This document shows positions 42,759-59,408 of a DNA stretch of 64,000 bases, piece after piece. The notes under the pieces are model-generated. The model was not told the DNA's origin. It searched no databases and saw only the letters and a program-made list of their open reading frames with translations. The position numbers and the translations under genes were made by a program. The stretch lies in the NCBI RefSeq assembly GCF_009914755.1, contig NC_060931.1. The stretch is one strand, 5' to 3'. The first letter of the stretch is position 1, and each line of letters begins with the position of its first letter. This DNA is from the human T2T-CHM13v2.0 reference genome, Homo sapiens.

Positions 42759-42935
42759 GTAAGTCAAAGCAAAAGTATTAGAGATTATGAAAACAATTGA
42801 AGCTTGTGAAGAATATAAAACACTTCTCCATCTTAGAAAGAATAGTTTGTGGTAAAGATGGAAACAAAAATGTGTGTGTATGAAACTTTTTCATAGTCAG
42901 AAATGATCATCCTACTATTATTTTGGTCATTTTAA

Positions 42936-43256
<321 letters not shown>

Positions 43257-44596
43257 ATATCTTCTTTCATCTAACCAAAGATCCCATGTTTTCCATCCAA
43301 CCAGTATATCTTAGCTATTTGTCAGATTATTCTTACCAAGGATGCTTGAACGTTAAGTGCATCTCATGATTTCTTCTCACATGGGTATTTTGTCCTATGA
43401 TTTCCATCTTGGTACATGAACCTAGAAATATTTTTTAAGGCAAAAGTCCTTATAAATAAAATATTCTGTCTATTTTTACATTTTCTTGTATGTTCCATAG
43501 TACTTGCCATGATAGCATCCACACAGCTGTCAATAAGTAAGAATTGGCTGACTGATAGATTTTGTGTAGAGCAATTAAGATGTTCAGAGTTCTTCTCTCA
43601 TGTTATCTACTTAGTGCTGGATATTACTACCTGATTATCTCACAAATATCTCAAACTTGACAAGTTTCAAGTTAAATTTATCTTCCTTTTGAAACATTGG
43701 GTAACAGAGAGGAACATGGGGGCAGCCATCATAGTCAACCTGTAGCTTTCCATACAGTGAGGACCTGCCAACTGGCTCACAAATTGCTTTGACCTTGTGT
43801 CGCTTTGTCTCAGTGCACTTTTCTCTACTATCTAAATAGTATTCCTTCTGCCTGGGATAGTCTTTTTGATCTTTATATAGCAACCTCCTTTTATAATTCA
43901 GATTGCAGCTTAAACATTATCTTCTACAAGGGGCTTTCTCTGACCAGATGTATATAAATACCACATTACTCTTCATAAAATTACCCTGTTTTAATTATAT
44001 ACCAAAAACTGACCACTCTCTAATTTTCCTTATTTATGTATGCCTTTTTTTAAAATTGTGACTCTCCCTGTAATGGAGTCTAAGCTCTATGACAGCAAAG
44101 ATGTCTAGGCTGTTCAGTGCTTAAAACAGTACCTGGCACAGTATATATCTATAGAATGAGTAAATTTTTTTAAAAAATCATCTAATGAGCTTGTTTAAAA
44201 TGTAGATTTTTTTCCAGTGCATTTCTTTAGATTATCATTCAGTACATGTGGGGCAAGGCCTAGGTAGGTGTCTGATATCTTTAACATGCACTCCAGGTGA
44301 TTCTGATGCCAGAGGTCCTTTGACAATACTTTAAAACTGTGCTATTAACAGCAGATAAAAACAATATGTTGTCAGCACTAAGGTGTATTTTAAACTTTAT
44401 TTTTATAATCTTGGATTTAGGAAGATAAAATTTCCTCTAGATAAGTAGTGCCTTCTGTTTCTCAAGGCTTTGTGCTAGATACTATATAGTCATGTTTCTC
44501 AAAATTTGATATGCATTACAAACCACTTCGACAATCTTGTTAAAATGCAGATTCTATTCAGAAGTTTTAGAGTGAGACCCAAAAATCGCATTTTTA

Positions 44597-48345
<3,749 letters not shown>

Positions 48346-50207
48346 AGTTCTGCATTTTTAATCATGTCTAGGCTGGTGCCTATGCTGCTGCTCTTGGGAC
48401 CATTCTGAGTAGTAAGACTACGGTCTAGAGTAAAGAAAAAAACATGGGGTTCCTCAGGAAAAGGAAACATATCTTTTGATTCTACAAACTAGTAGCTGGC
48501 ACATCATATAAGCTCAATACTTTTTTCAATTCTTCATGAGGAAAGAGAGAAAAATATATGATCTAATAGGGTAACTAGGATTTGCAATATAATGCAGAAT
48601 GTGTCACGAATATAATACAGACACAAGCAAAGAGCAAAAGGAAATCAGAGAAGGAGGTGATTTTTAGGGAGCAATAATAAAGTAATAAAATCAACGCCTT
48701 GCGTAAAGTATTACTCAATAAATATTTCTTGTGCAAATGTGCTGTTGACTTGTTAAAATTTTACCTATTATAATTAAGAATTCAACCAACTAACCAAAAA
48801 GATATGGGACTGTGCAATAGAAAACCAGGTATACAGACACTATGGCTCTTTTTAAAAAGAGTGTTTATTTGGCTCAGTGGACTTCCTTTGCTCATACTGT
48901 TTCCCAAGTGCAGTATGACATGAAGAACACAACGTGCTTTACCTGGATACTAACCAGTGTTCTAATCAGTTACAGCATGATCAGAAGATAAGCTTGGTAA
49001 AGCACAGTTATGAAAGTGCAGCTCATTATTTATTGAGAATAGAACGCATACATGATTTTGGTTTAAATGGACAGATCATGCACTTACCAAGGCGAGGCTT
49101 AATTGTTTTGATTTCTTTCTATGGATGGATGCATTTCATTACATAATTGTTAATTTCTATAAAATGCAAATGTTTGAGATTTGTCAATCATTTTATTTTT
49201 CTTACATACATGTCAGATTACTGGAGATGGTGTAAAGTCAGTTTAGCAGTTGTAAATATCTCCCATATGAAGTATGACCATTTACTTCTGTAAAAGGAAG
49301 AATAAGCCAACAGATGGCTGTATTTGTATTATGCCTTCCTCCTTGGTGCTAAAAGCAGTTCTGATCCACTTTCAATGAGAAGTTTACTATTTGAAAGCTT
49401 ATTAGCTTTTTCAGATGCTTAGGTACTCTTTAATTAATTTGTAATTCCACTTTAAAGTTTAAAGCCATATCTTTATAATTGTCTTTATATAGGGTAATAT
49501 GTTATAGGGCCTAACAACTGAGACTGAGTCACAACCATCTCTATAGATCCATAATAAAATGATAATTTATAATTTATGAACATAACTGTGATCTTAAGAC
49601 AAGGTAAGATCCTCAAGTATCATCCCAAGGAAGAGTAAATTATGCTTAATACAATTTTAATGATGAATGGATTTTCAAAATATTCTAATTTTTTGTAACT
49701 GTTAATCCAGTTTGTGAAAGCTCCAAACTTTGTTTGTTTCGTAAACTAGAAAACCCTATTCCCTCAAACTGCTGGCTAATAAAAACTACTGCATCAGTTT
49801 TTTAAAGAGAAAACAGCATGAGATAGATTAAAAATTTTCACCAATTCCAGTCAAATGAATGGCAAAGTAGGAATATCTAATATCCTGACAAACAGTGCAT
49901 TTTCCGTGGAATCTGACTTTCCTTCTTTTATTCCAATTCTAACACTTTCATTAGCTCCAAATCTAAGCCTAGAATGAAGCAAGGAAGTTATAAATTCAAT
50001 GACAAAATTTGAATCTATGAACTGCCTAGCCAGAAACTTCAATTGGAGTGGGGGGCTGGGCAGGGCGAAATTCTGAGATGCTTCCTTTTTCAAACTGTGA
50101 GAGATGTGGGATGTAAAGAATGCTGTATATCAACTAAGTGATAAAAGTCACATAGCCATAATACATTTGTTAAAATTGTATTTCAGAAGAAGTAAATTGT
50201 AAATAAG

Positions 50208-50260
50208 ATGGAAAATTCAGAAAGAGCTGAAGAAATGCAAGAAAATTATCAGAGAAATGG
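50208..50260 (+). CDS. ABCB5: ABCB5 first coding exon (exon 2; exon spans 50187-50260 with 21 nt of 5'UTR)
   Basis: Acceptor tttcAG at 50185-86; ATG at 50208; encodes MENSERAEEMQENYQRN(G), the N-terminus of full-length ABCB5; donor GG|gtaagc at 50261 (phase 2). Confidence 0.96.
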
Positions 50261-51599
50261 GTAAGCTCTCACTAAGTTCTGTAAGTATGCTTCCACAACT
50301 TCAAATATAACTCATCCTTTCCACACCTATAGCAAAAATGTTTATAATTTTTTCCCAAAAATAGCAACACTATTTGCATTTTGCTGAACTTGAACATAAG
50401 CAGTCTTATAATTAATTTAATAGTGATTTTAGGAACTGCAATAGGATTAATTGTAATAGGATTTATTTATCCAGGATTTATTGATTTAGTGCTTCAGATA
50501 TCTCCTCTTCTGAATTTCTCATCGTTAATTTCTTGTCCACCATTATACAGAAGAAAGGCACCTGCAAATTTTAATTTCAATTCTCTGTGGACCCTTCATT
50601 CCATGTGGTACCTTTAATAAAAGAAAATATTCGATTCCGATTATTTTCTCTCTGAATAGATGTCTCTGTGAATATGTATGTTATACAAGTTTCTACACGT
50701 GGAATTCATTAATTGAGAGTTTTTAAATGGAAATAGTTTTACATCTATTTTATTTCCACTTTTACCATAATAATTGTGTTATATTTGGACATACAATCTA
50801 TAAAACTGGAGAAGATCCCTCCAGGTCATGTAGTTTATTAATTCAGAAAATAGCCAGAGAGGGCATTCCAGCGATACCATTTTCTTGTGAGTCAGAATCA
50901 GAAACTTCCTTAGGCTAAAGCAAATTCCATTTAGGAACATTTTGAAAATCAAAAGAACTGCATTCCAAACTTCTCCTTTAATGTTTTTGTTGTTATTTTC
51001 CCAAAGTAAATGTTCTCCTTTCTAAGCACCTTTTCCTCATAAATTCAAAACATTATCTAAAGATGCCCCAGCATCCTGGTGTAAGGGGATGCTGAGGGGA
51101 CAGGTTTATTTTAGAATACATTTGTGCTCTTAAGCATTACCTGTGGACTGACTAAATCATGTGTTCGGCATATATTCCACAGGAAGCATTGTAACTGTAC
51201 AGTTAAGAGTTTGGGTTCTGGCGTCAGACTGAAGTTCAATCACTAGCTACATAAACTTGGGTTGTTTTACCCTGTGACTGTTTCTTCATCTTTAAAGTGG
51301 TCATGATAATAATACACTACAGACCTCATTGGTGAACCAAAAAAAATAACAGGTCAGTAGCAATACCAACAGCAAACTGCATCTATATGCTATCGCACAG
51401 AAAATTAGAATGGGGAGGTGGTTGATTTTTCTAGTTTCCATGACTGGAGAGAATAGGAGAAAACAATATGAAAGAAAATAGCAACAGGAATTGAAGGTAG
51501 GGGTTGGATGGGCCCTGAAAAGTGAAATTAGTGAGATATAGGTGTGGGGTCTGGCCATGAAATACAGGAAGGATTCCTATTAGGTGGAGGTGACACAAC

Positions 51600-51950
51600 T
51601 GGAGCTAAGAGCAGAATCTTCGCTGCTCTGGGCCATGCTGATTTGCGCTAATGAAAGTACTGGGCCACCAACATCGCTAAGATCCCCTCCAGCTTGAAAA
51701 CCAGCAACGGGCACGCTAGGACTAGGAGCTAGTGCGGCTGTGACCCGCACAATGGAATCAGTTTCCTCTGGGCGCCTCAGGCTCCGCCCTTGGCCTTTGC
51801 CAAAGGACACTTGGCCCCAAGAGCTGTGTAGAGGGAGGAGACCCCCAAACCCGCCCACCTGCCCACATGTTGCTTTCTTATGTCAACGCTGATAAAGAGA
51901 CTTTCACAAAACGACCCAAGCCCTCCTTCGAAACCTTTCCATGAAGGTCA
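51600..51950. promoter_or_regulatory. Candidate intronic enhancer (GC/CpG-rich island in ABCB5 intron 2)
   Basis: Locally GC-rich and not a recognisable repeat. SOX CACAATGG at 51748, GC boxes at 51782 and 51850, E-box CACATG at 51864. Confidence 0.35.
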
Positions 51951-52519
51951 ATCGGAGTTAGAAATTATTTCCCTGAAACAACTTTTATCAAGAGAAGAGG
52001 GTTTACTGGGTGTTAAGCTTCAAAATCCGCATCTAGAGGTGAGGAAAGGGATTGTAGGGTTTTGCAATGGTAAAGCATTCTTTTGTCATCTCATGCCTCA
52101 GCCCAGAGCAAATTGACCGGAACTCAAGTAAATTATTAACCTCATGTGGAATAAAATTAAGTGAATTGTCATTTATCAAAGCTGACAGAACAATGCGTTA
52201 TAAAGCAGGAGAGGAGCCGGATGTTTGTCTTCCTGTTGTGTCTGTATAGAAAACTTAAACTGTTCCCTACAGTCTTCTCTTAATGTTTCAGAATTTTGCG
52301 CGTGCATGTGTGTGTGTGTGTAACTGACAGATTGCTGTGAAATCAGTGGATACAATGTACAGCTTTCATTTGGACCTCCTTGAAATGTGAGCATACAAAG
52401 CTAAGAAATGAAATTTTCAAAAAGGGAGACAAAATTAAGAGTACACTTGCTTAATGTGTACCTAATAGAACTCATTTCATTTAAAGCTCAGATTTTGTTA
52501 CTAAAGGTTAAAAATTGCA

Positions 52520-53265
52520 ATCCACCACTTCATACTCATTATGATGGCTAATACTAAGAAAAGAAAAAGGAATGAACAAGTGTTGGTGAGGATATAGAGA
52601 AACTGGAATCCTTGTTCTGGCAGGAATGTAAAATGGTGCAGTTGCTATGGTGCAGTGTGAATGTTCCTCAAAAAATCAATAATAGGTTTAACATGTAACC
52701 CAGCAATTCTACTTCCGGGTATATACTCAAAAGAATTAAAACCAGTGAGTTGAAGAGATATTTGTACACTCATATTCCTAACAGCGTTACTAGGAATAGC
52801 CAAAATGTGGAAGCAGTCTAAGTGCTCAACAAAACGTGGCAAAAACATATAATGGAATACTATACAGCCTTAAAGAGTAGAAAAATTCCAACACCTACTA
52901 CAATGTGGATGAAACATGAAGACTTTATGCTAAGTGAATAATTCAAGGATGAACTTTGAAGACAGCCAGACGAAACAGACACAGAAGGAGAAATGCTATA
53001 TGATTCTATTTTTCTGAGGTGCCCAGAGCAGTCAGATTCATAGAGGCAAAATAGAACCGCGGTTGCCAGGGGCTGGGAGATGGGGACAATGGGAAAATGT
53101 TTAATGTGTACAGAGGCTTAGTTTTGCAAAGTAAAGAGTTCTGTGGGTAAATCAAAATAAATGGTGGCACAACAATGTGACTGTACTTAGTACCTTGGTT
53201 ATACAATTAAAATTATTCAAGAAGATAAAGTCTACATTATATCTATTTTACCACAACTTTAAAAA
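52520..53265 (+). mobile_element. L1MB/MC 3' fragment in ABCB5 intron 2
   Basis: aacaagtgttggtgaggatatagagaaactgg...ggttgccaggggctggg...tttaccacaactttaaaaa. Confidence 0.75.
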
Positions 53266-53478
53266 ATTCTCCTCCAGACACGTCTTCAAGTTGCTACCCT
53301 AACAAGTTTACAGACAACCAGTGACAACTGTCTATCATTAAGTTTATTTTTAAAATTTCAGTGTTGGTATAAATTTGCTACCAAGGTGATATCTGACACT
53401 TCTGCAAACTATTAATGGAAAAATTTTGCAAATTATATTCACATTGTAACTGCTGCATTTTGAACTTTTATTTTCCAG

Positions 53479-53533
53479 AACTGCAGAAGAACAGCCAAAA
53501 CTGAGAAAGGAAGCAGTTGGATCTATTGAGATA
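53479..53533 (+). CDS. ABCB5: ABCB5 exon 3 (55 nt); donor is non-canonical CT in this sequence
   Basis: Acceptor ttttccAG at 53477-78; encodes (G)TAEEQPKLRKEAVGSIEI in frame with exons 2 and 4; followed by ctaagtg instead of gtaagtg. Confidence 0.93.
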
Positions 53534-53778
53534 CTAAGTGAAATCAGTTAGAAAGTACATGCATTAGAAGATTTTAGAGACTTGTCAGTAGTGCATAGAA
53601 GATTGTGTTTATTAGATTGCATCCACTATTTGTGGGAAAGAGGGAACTAAAATAATTCATTAAAGTATGATTTTCGATAGAAAAAATATAAACAATCTCA
53701 AAATTTTACAATAAAGGATAGGGAAAAATAGCATAACATCCACATAATGACTCAGTGTTTTAAAAGTGTTTTTGGGGT

Positions 53779-53780
<2 letters not shown>

Positions 53781-53816
<36 letters not shown>
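53781..53816. repeat. (TG)n microsatellite in ABCB5 intron 3
   Basis: Read directly from the sequence. Confidence 0.95.
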
Positions 53817-53818
<2 letters not shown>

Positions 53819-54930
53819 CATACATAAATGTTACCAAAGGATATTTCTGAGTGGTGGGAAATTATCAGTGACTTTTACTATCTATGTTTACATTTCAGTA
53901 TATTCCAATGATTCTGCATTGTTATGTGTTGTTATTATTTTTATAGTGTTACAAATCCTTTTAAATCAAAAATAATTATCTAAGAATTTTTTAAAGCCTA
54001 TGTATCAGATAATGTGTCTGTACACTTCTTTGAAATCATGTTTAAGGAGCGTTTCATGCATGTGTTCCCAGACATGGTCTTCACCCACTCTAATCTCTGT
54101 GTCAGCCTGGCTGTCAATGTTATGTCCCTACAAATATACATGAAACAGCCTGCTTTTTCAAAAGTCAATTTAAAAAAAACTGAATAGTAGCAGAACATGA
54201 CAAACTTTATCAAGGAGATAACATTATTCTGGAGGAAGGTAGAGGAGCAGATACTCTCTTAATGTCCGTAATGCTGAATGCAATGCTGTGGAAGTAACAC
54301 TATAAATATTTATTAGCTATTGCAACGATGAATGGAAAAATAATATTTTGGTCTCCATTCATAAAATATGCAGTAAGTTCCTCTTGCTGTTATTAAAATC
54401 TAATTACATTTTAATACCATTTAAATTTTATTTTGGCCTCTCTCGGTAATATAAACAATCCATATTTTCAATTTTGCTCATGATTTGGTTTTGGACAGAT
54501 GCTATGGGGACCTACTACAGAATAGAATATAAAGCATTCAATAGATGGCTTTCAGGCATTTCTTTCTTATTCAAAACAGCCCTTAAAATTATCATTGACC
54601 CCCTTAAATATCCTTATTTACAGGATAGGCATTGTTCTGTGTAGAAAAAAAAATCTAAGGAATTTAAAATAATCACAAATATAATTCATTACATTTTTAC
54701 TAGTTAGCTCTGGTCACTGCACTTAGCCATGACATTGCCATGATGCCGGTGAGCCAGAGCGTTGAAAATGTGCAGATCAGCTTTCCATAAACTAAGATAT
54801 TGTTGTTGCAGTCTTCAGAATATCTTAACTTATTCCAAAATCAACCAAATGGAATAAAGTTTCTGATTCATACCCACATCTGACCTGACTTGTGTCAGGT
54901 ATCTACAATTTGTACTGATTTAGCTGCTTT

Positions 54931-55377
54931 ATTTATTTTTATTATTACTATACTTTAAGTTCTAGGGTACATGTTCACAACGTGCAGGTTTGTTACATAT
55001 GTATACATGTGCCATGTTGGTTTGCTGCACCTATCAACTTGACATTTACATTAGGTATTTCTCCTAATACTATCCCTCCCCCAGCCTCCCACCCCACAAC
55101 AGGCCCCGGTGTGTGATGTTCCCCACCCTGTGTCCATGTGTTCTCATTGTTCAACTCCCACCTATGAGTGAGAACATGCGGTGTTTGGTTTTCTGTCCTT
55201 GTAATAGTTTGCTGAGTATGATGGTTTCCAGCTTCATCCATGTCCCTGCAAAGGACATGAACTCATCCATTTTTATGGCTGCATAGTAGTCCATGGTGTA
55301 TATGTGCCATATTTTCTTAATCCAGTCTATCATTGATAGATATTTGGGTTGGTTCCAAGTCTGCTATTGTGAATAGT
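54931..55377 (-). mobile_element. L1PA6/7-like 3' end in ABCB5 intron 3
   Basis: Reverse-complement L1 3'UTR with TSD agctgcttt at 54922-54930 and 55379-55387. Confidence 0.92.
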
Positions 55378-55612
55378 CAGCTGCTTTGTTTTTTAATGCC
55401 TTTAAAGGAGATGGTAAATTCTTAATTTTGGTATTTGTTTTTACTTTAGATATAAATACATATCTATGATTTTATGCACTTATTTACCATCTTAATGTAT
55501 AAAGTCATGTTTACTAGGTGGCAAAGGCTGTAGGCTGTTGTGTGTGTGTGTGTGTGCTTGGTGTGTTTGTTTGTTTTACAGTTGTGGTGCTACCGTGCTT
55601 TGTTTTCCTCAG

Positions 55613-55763
55613 TTCCGCTTTGCTGATGGACTGGACATCACACTCATGATCCTGGGTATACTGGCATCACTGGTCAATGGAGCCTGCCTTCCTTTAATGC
55701 CACTGGTTTTAGGAGAAATGAGTGATAACCTTATTAGTGGATGTCTAGTCCAAACTAACACAA
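55613..55763 (+). CDS. ABCB5: ABCB5 exon 4 (151 nt), includes TM helix 1
   Basis: Acceptor ttttcctcAG at 55611-12; encodes FRFADGLDITLMILGILASLVNGACLPLMPLVLGEMSDNLISGCLVQTNT, homologous to the P-glycoprotein/ABCB1 TM1 region; donor A|gtgagt at 55764. Confidence 0.97.
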
Positions 55764-55997
55764 GTGAGTATACGATTATTTTTCTGTATCACTTAAGACA
55801 CAAAAGCATTGAATAAAGCAAACAAACGTTAAGCTAGCAAGGCAGATTATTGTATTGTAAAACAGTATCTGTATAATATGTATTTAAGTCATTTATTCTG
55901 CCATATTGCTGGGCACTAAAGAAACAAAATCTTCATGACCACAGAGGTCTATAATTGAATTAAAATAAATAAATAAATAAATAAGAAACAAAATCCC

Positions 55998-56067
55998 CTA
56001 TTAGTCAGGGTTCTCCAGAGAAACAGCATGGATAGGATGTGCGTTAGAAACAAAGAGAGAGAGAGAC

Positions 56068-56115
<48 letters not shown>

Positions 56116-56245
56116 GAGTGAGATTTTAAAGAATTGGCTGGCTCACATGGTTATAGAGGCTGGTGAGTTCAAGAGGGTGGGCTGGCATGCTGGGGACTCA
56201 GCAGAGAGCCAATGTTGCAGTTCAAATCAGAAAGCCATTTGCTGA
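55998..56245 (-). mobile_element. MLT2 LTR fragment in ABCB5 intron 4
   Basis: tattagtcagggttctccagagaaacag...(TG)n...aagaattggctggctcacatggttatagaggctgg. Confidence 0.8.
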
Positions 56246-56407
56246 CGTTACGTAGGAATCATCTGAAGCCCACAATAGTTCAGCTTGTCTCTCTAAGAAT
56301 TCAAATAACTTTTTATCAGAAGTGGTGATTACATCAGGATTTAATCAAACGCTTGGGCCATCCCAGGCCACTAGGATGTAACACATCCTTTAAAAAGAAG
56401 AAATCAA

Positions 56408-56745
<338 letters not shown>

Positions 56746-58985
56746 TCAAATCTTTCAGTTTAGTAGCTACTTAGGTTTTTGGGGGTTTTTTGGTAGTAGT
56801 TTTTAGCCATGCATGGCACTATATAACATAATGCAGAAGAGAAGCAGAAAATTATACAACTAGAGACAGATACCCTGAATTGGTGGTGAGAGGAACTAGC
56901 AATTAGGTGTGGAAAAGGTGTTTTCATATTGCTCTTATCTGTAGGCATCTTTCGTGTATCGTTTGTAGCCTCCTATTTCAGGGTCATGTCTTTCAAGGTG
57001 ACATTATTCTTTAGGTTAAATTCCAGTGATTTTCCTATGCACTGATGTAATGACTATGCAGTATTTTTTATCTGGTGGATATTATAAATATTAGTAATTT
57101 CCTGATTTTATATGCTTTTCCCCAAATTCCACACTGGAAGTATTGTTATAAATACTTATTATAACTGGGAAAAATAACTCATTACAACCCAGACTGTCTT
57201 TTCATCAACATTAGCCTTTCTTTGTTCAGTCTACTTCCCTCTGTGCTCTATTTGACTTTAAATTCTAATTTATACCTAAATTATACCTTCTTGTTTTCCA
57301 AAAAGCAAATCTTTAAAGCAAAAAAAAAAATCTTTAAAGCAAAAAAAAATCTTTAAACTCAAAAGTAAATCTTTTACGTGTGCTAATCTTGAGTGGGATA
57401 AACCCATTGCTTCCATCTCTGTCTTTCCATGATCTCCTGCTTAAACAGTTATGATTTTTTAAATATTTTAATAATATGAACAAAATTAAGGATATAAGTG
57501 AAAATCTGATATATTAATGATGTAAATTGATGCATATGCTAAATAATTTGTTGTTAAACAAATGGAGCCAATTCACTGAGTAAACATTTATTGATTGTCT
57601 ACTACATCTCCATGAACAAATGAATGAATGAATGTGTGACTAAATGGGCAACCTGGCAACCTAAGGCCATCTGCTTGGGCGTATGCTTTTTGTTAAGTTT
57701 ATTCTGTAATTGAATGCCTTACCTGTTTTGGATAGGCTAGGCACTACATATCTAATTGCTATTGCTGTGAATTCTAATTTTTCTTGTTGTTCAAGGCTTC
57801 GCCAGTTTCCTGGTTTTATTGAATGTGGTAAACATATAGAGAAGTTCAATAATGATTTACATAAATTCATGGATATTACTGGTATATTATAACACATTGT
57901 TAAAGAGAAGTAGGGATATTAAGAGGCAAATCTTCAACCTTCTAACATTGGTTTTCCGGAGGATAATAGAGCAGGATTATTCGTTCCTATAAATAAAAAT
58001 ATGAATAATAGCTATCATTAGTTGGGGATCCATTTTTGTGTGAGTCCTGAACTTTCCAAAATATTACCTCTATCAATATAATCTACACACTGAGATTATG
58101 CCATTTTTATAAGACTGCAGGAACCATTTTTAGAAACAATGTTTATTTCCTTTATTTGCTCAGTTAAATCTCATTGAAATCTCCATTTCTGCCACATGAA
58201 TTTTGGTATTTTTTCCTACCACAATTCCATAAATAGAATAAGGGAGAAATGATTGTTTGCATATAAATAAAGATCATAAGCATTGTAATATGTGATGATG
58301 TTATGGTTATAACAGATGAAGAGTCATGATGTCTGCAGTTATTTCAAATGTTGATTATAGAAGTTTAAGGAATAAAATTATAATCATGGATATCAACCAT
58401 GGTTTTGTGTTATTGGTGAAATCAGGACTTTGGTATATTAATCAGTGTACAATATTTTTTTCTACTAGAAGATATATAGAAAAGTTTACAGAGAAAACTT
58501 ATAACCTTTAAACATTGTTATTTATACTCAACATGTTTCACTGAGCTTTCCATTTTTCCCATGGCTAATTCTTCTAGAACTTTCACACATGTTCTTGCTT
58601 TTTTTGGACTTCTGAAATCATTCCCTGGAGTGTTTCAAACTTAATTTAAAGTGTATAATCTCAGGCAGAAGCAGGGAATTTTATAACTATTACTTTCCTG
58701 ATTGTTGTCTGATCAGAGATGTCCCAAATAATTCTTTCCAGTTATGAGCTACATGGTTAATGCTTCCTTACATTTTTCCAAGCCGCATGAGTACTTCTTG
58801 AGAGCAGAGATAATTATTTCCAGTTCTAGGTTAAAGAATAGAAAATGAGATGATAATAAACTGCGTGTGGGCAGTAAATCTGTTGTCTTAAGAGTGCACT
58901 ATATTTGGTTTGGAGGGCTATCTGTGTAACAGTGTGACCAATTATAAATTAATTTCCTCTATATTTTAAATAACCTTTTTTACAG

Positions 58986-59040
58986 CAAATTATCAGAACT
59001 GTACTCAGTCTCAAGAGAAGCTGAATGAAGATATGACTCT
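58986..59040 (+). CDS. ABCB5: ABCB5 exon 5 (55 nt), extracellular loop 1
   Basis: Acceptor tttttacAG at 58984-85; encodes (T)NYQNCTQSQEKLNEDMT(L) in frame (phase 1 to 2), with N-glycosylation sequon NCT; donor gtaagt at 59041. The gene continues beyond the window. Confidence 0.95.
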
Positions 59041-59408
59041 GTAAGTCCAAATGAAACGTTAATATCACATTCGTTGAATGATGCTTTATTTAAAGCTTAC
59101 AAGAAAAAAGCAACTGAAATTTTGTATGACCATTAATATTACATAACAAATGATTAAAGCAAACATTTCCTCTTCTTTCATTAGGTATATAAAATACAAT
59201 TAGTACATATTTTTTCTTCTACTTGAAAGGTGTATAGGTCATATGCTTTGAGTTGTAGTTGACAGAGTTGTCATCAATTTTAAAATTGTAAGGATTTGCA
59301 TTTTTGTAGCAATTTTGCCTCCTAGTAATATCCTGGGAAAGAAAGGACTTGATTTTCCTTCTAAAAAATTATATTTCTTATGAGCCTCATTGAAAATTCT
59401 ATTTCCTT

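Noticed and set aside
55538-55816. 92-aa ORF as a stand-alone gene
   Set aside because: It is ABCB5 exon 4 plus open intronic flanks, starting in a (TG)n repeat.
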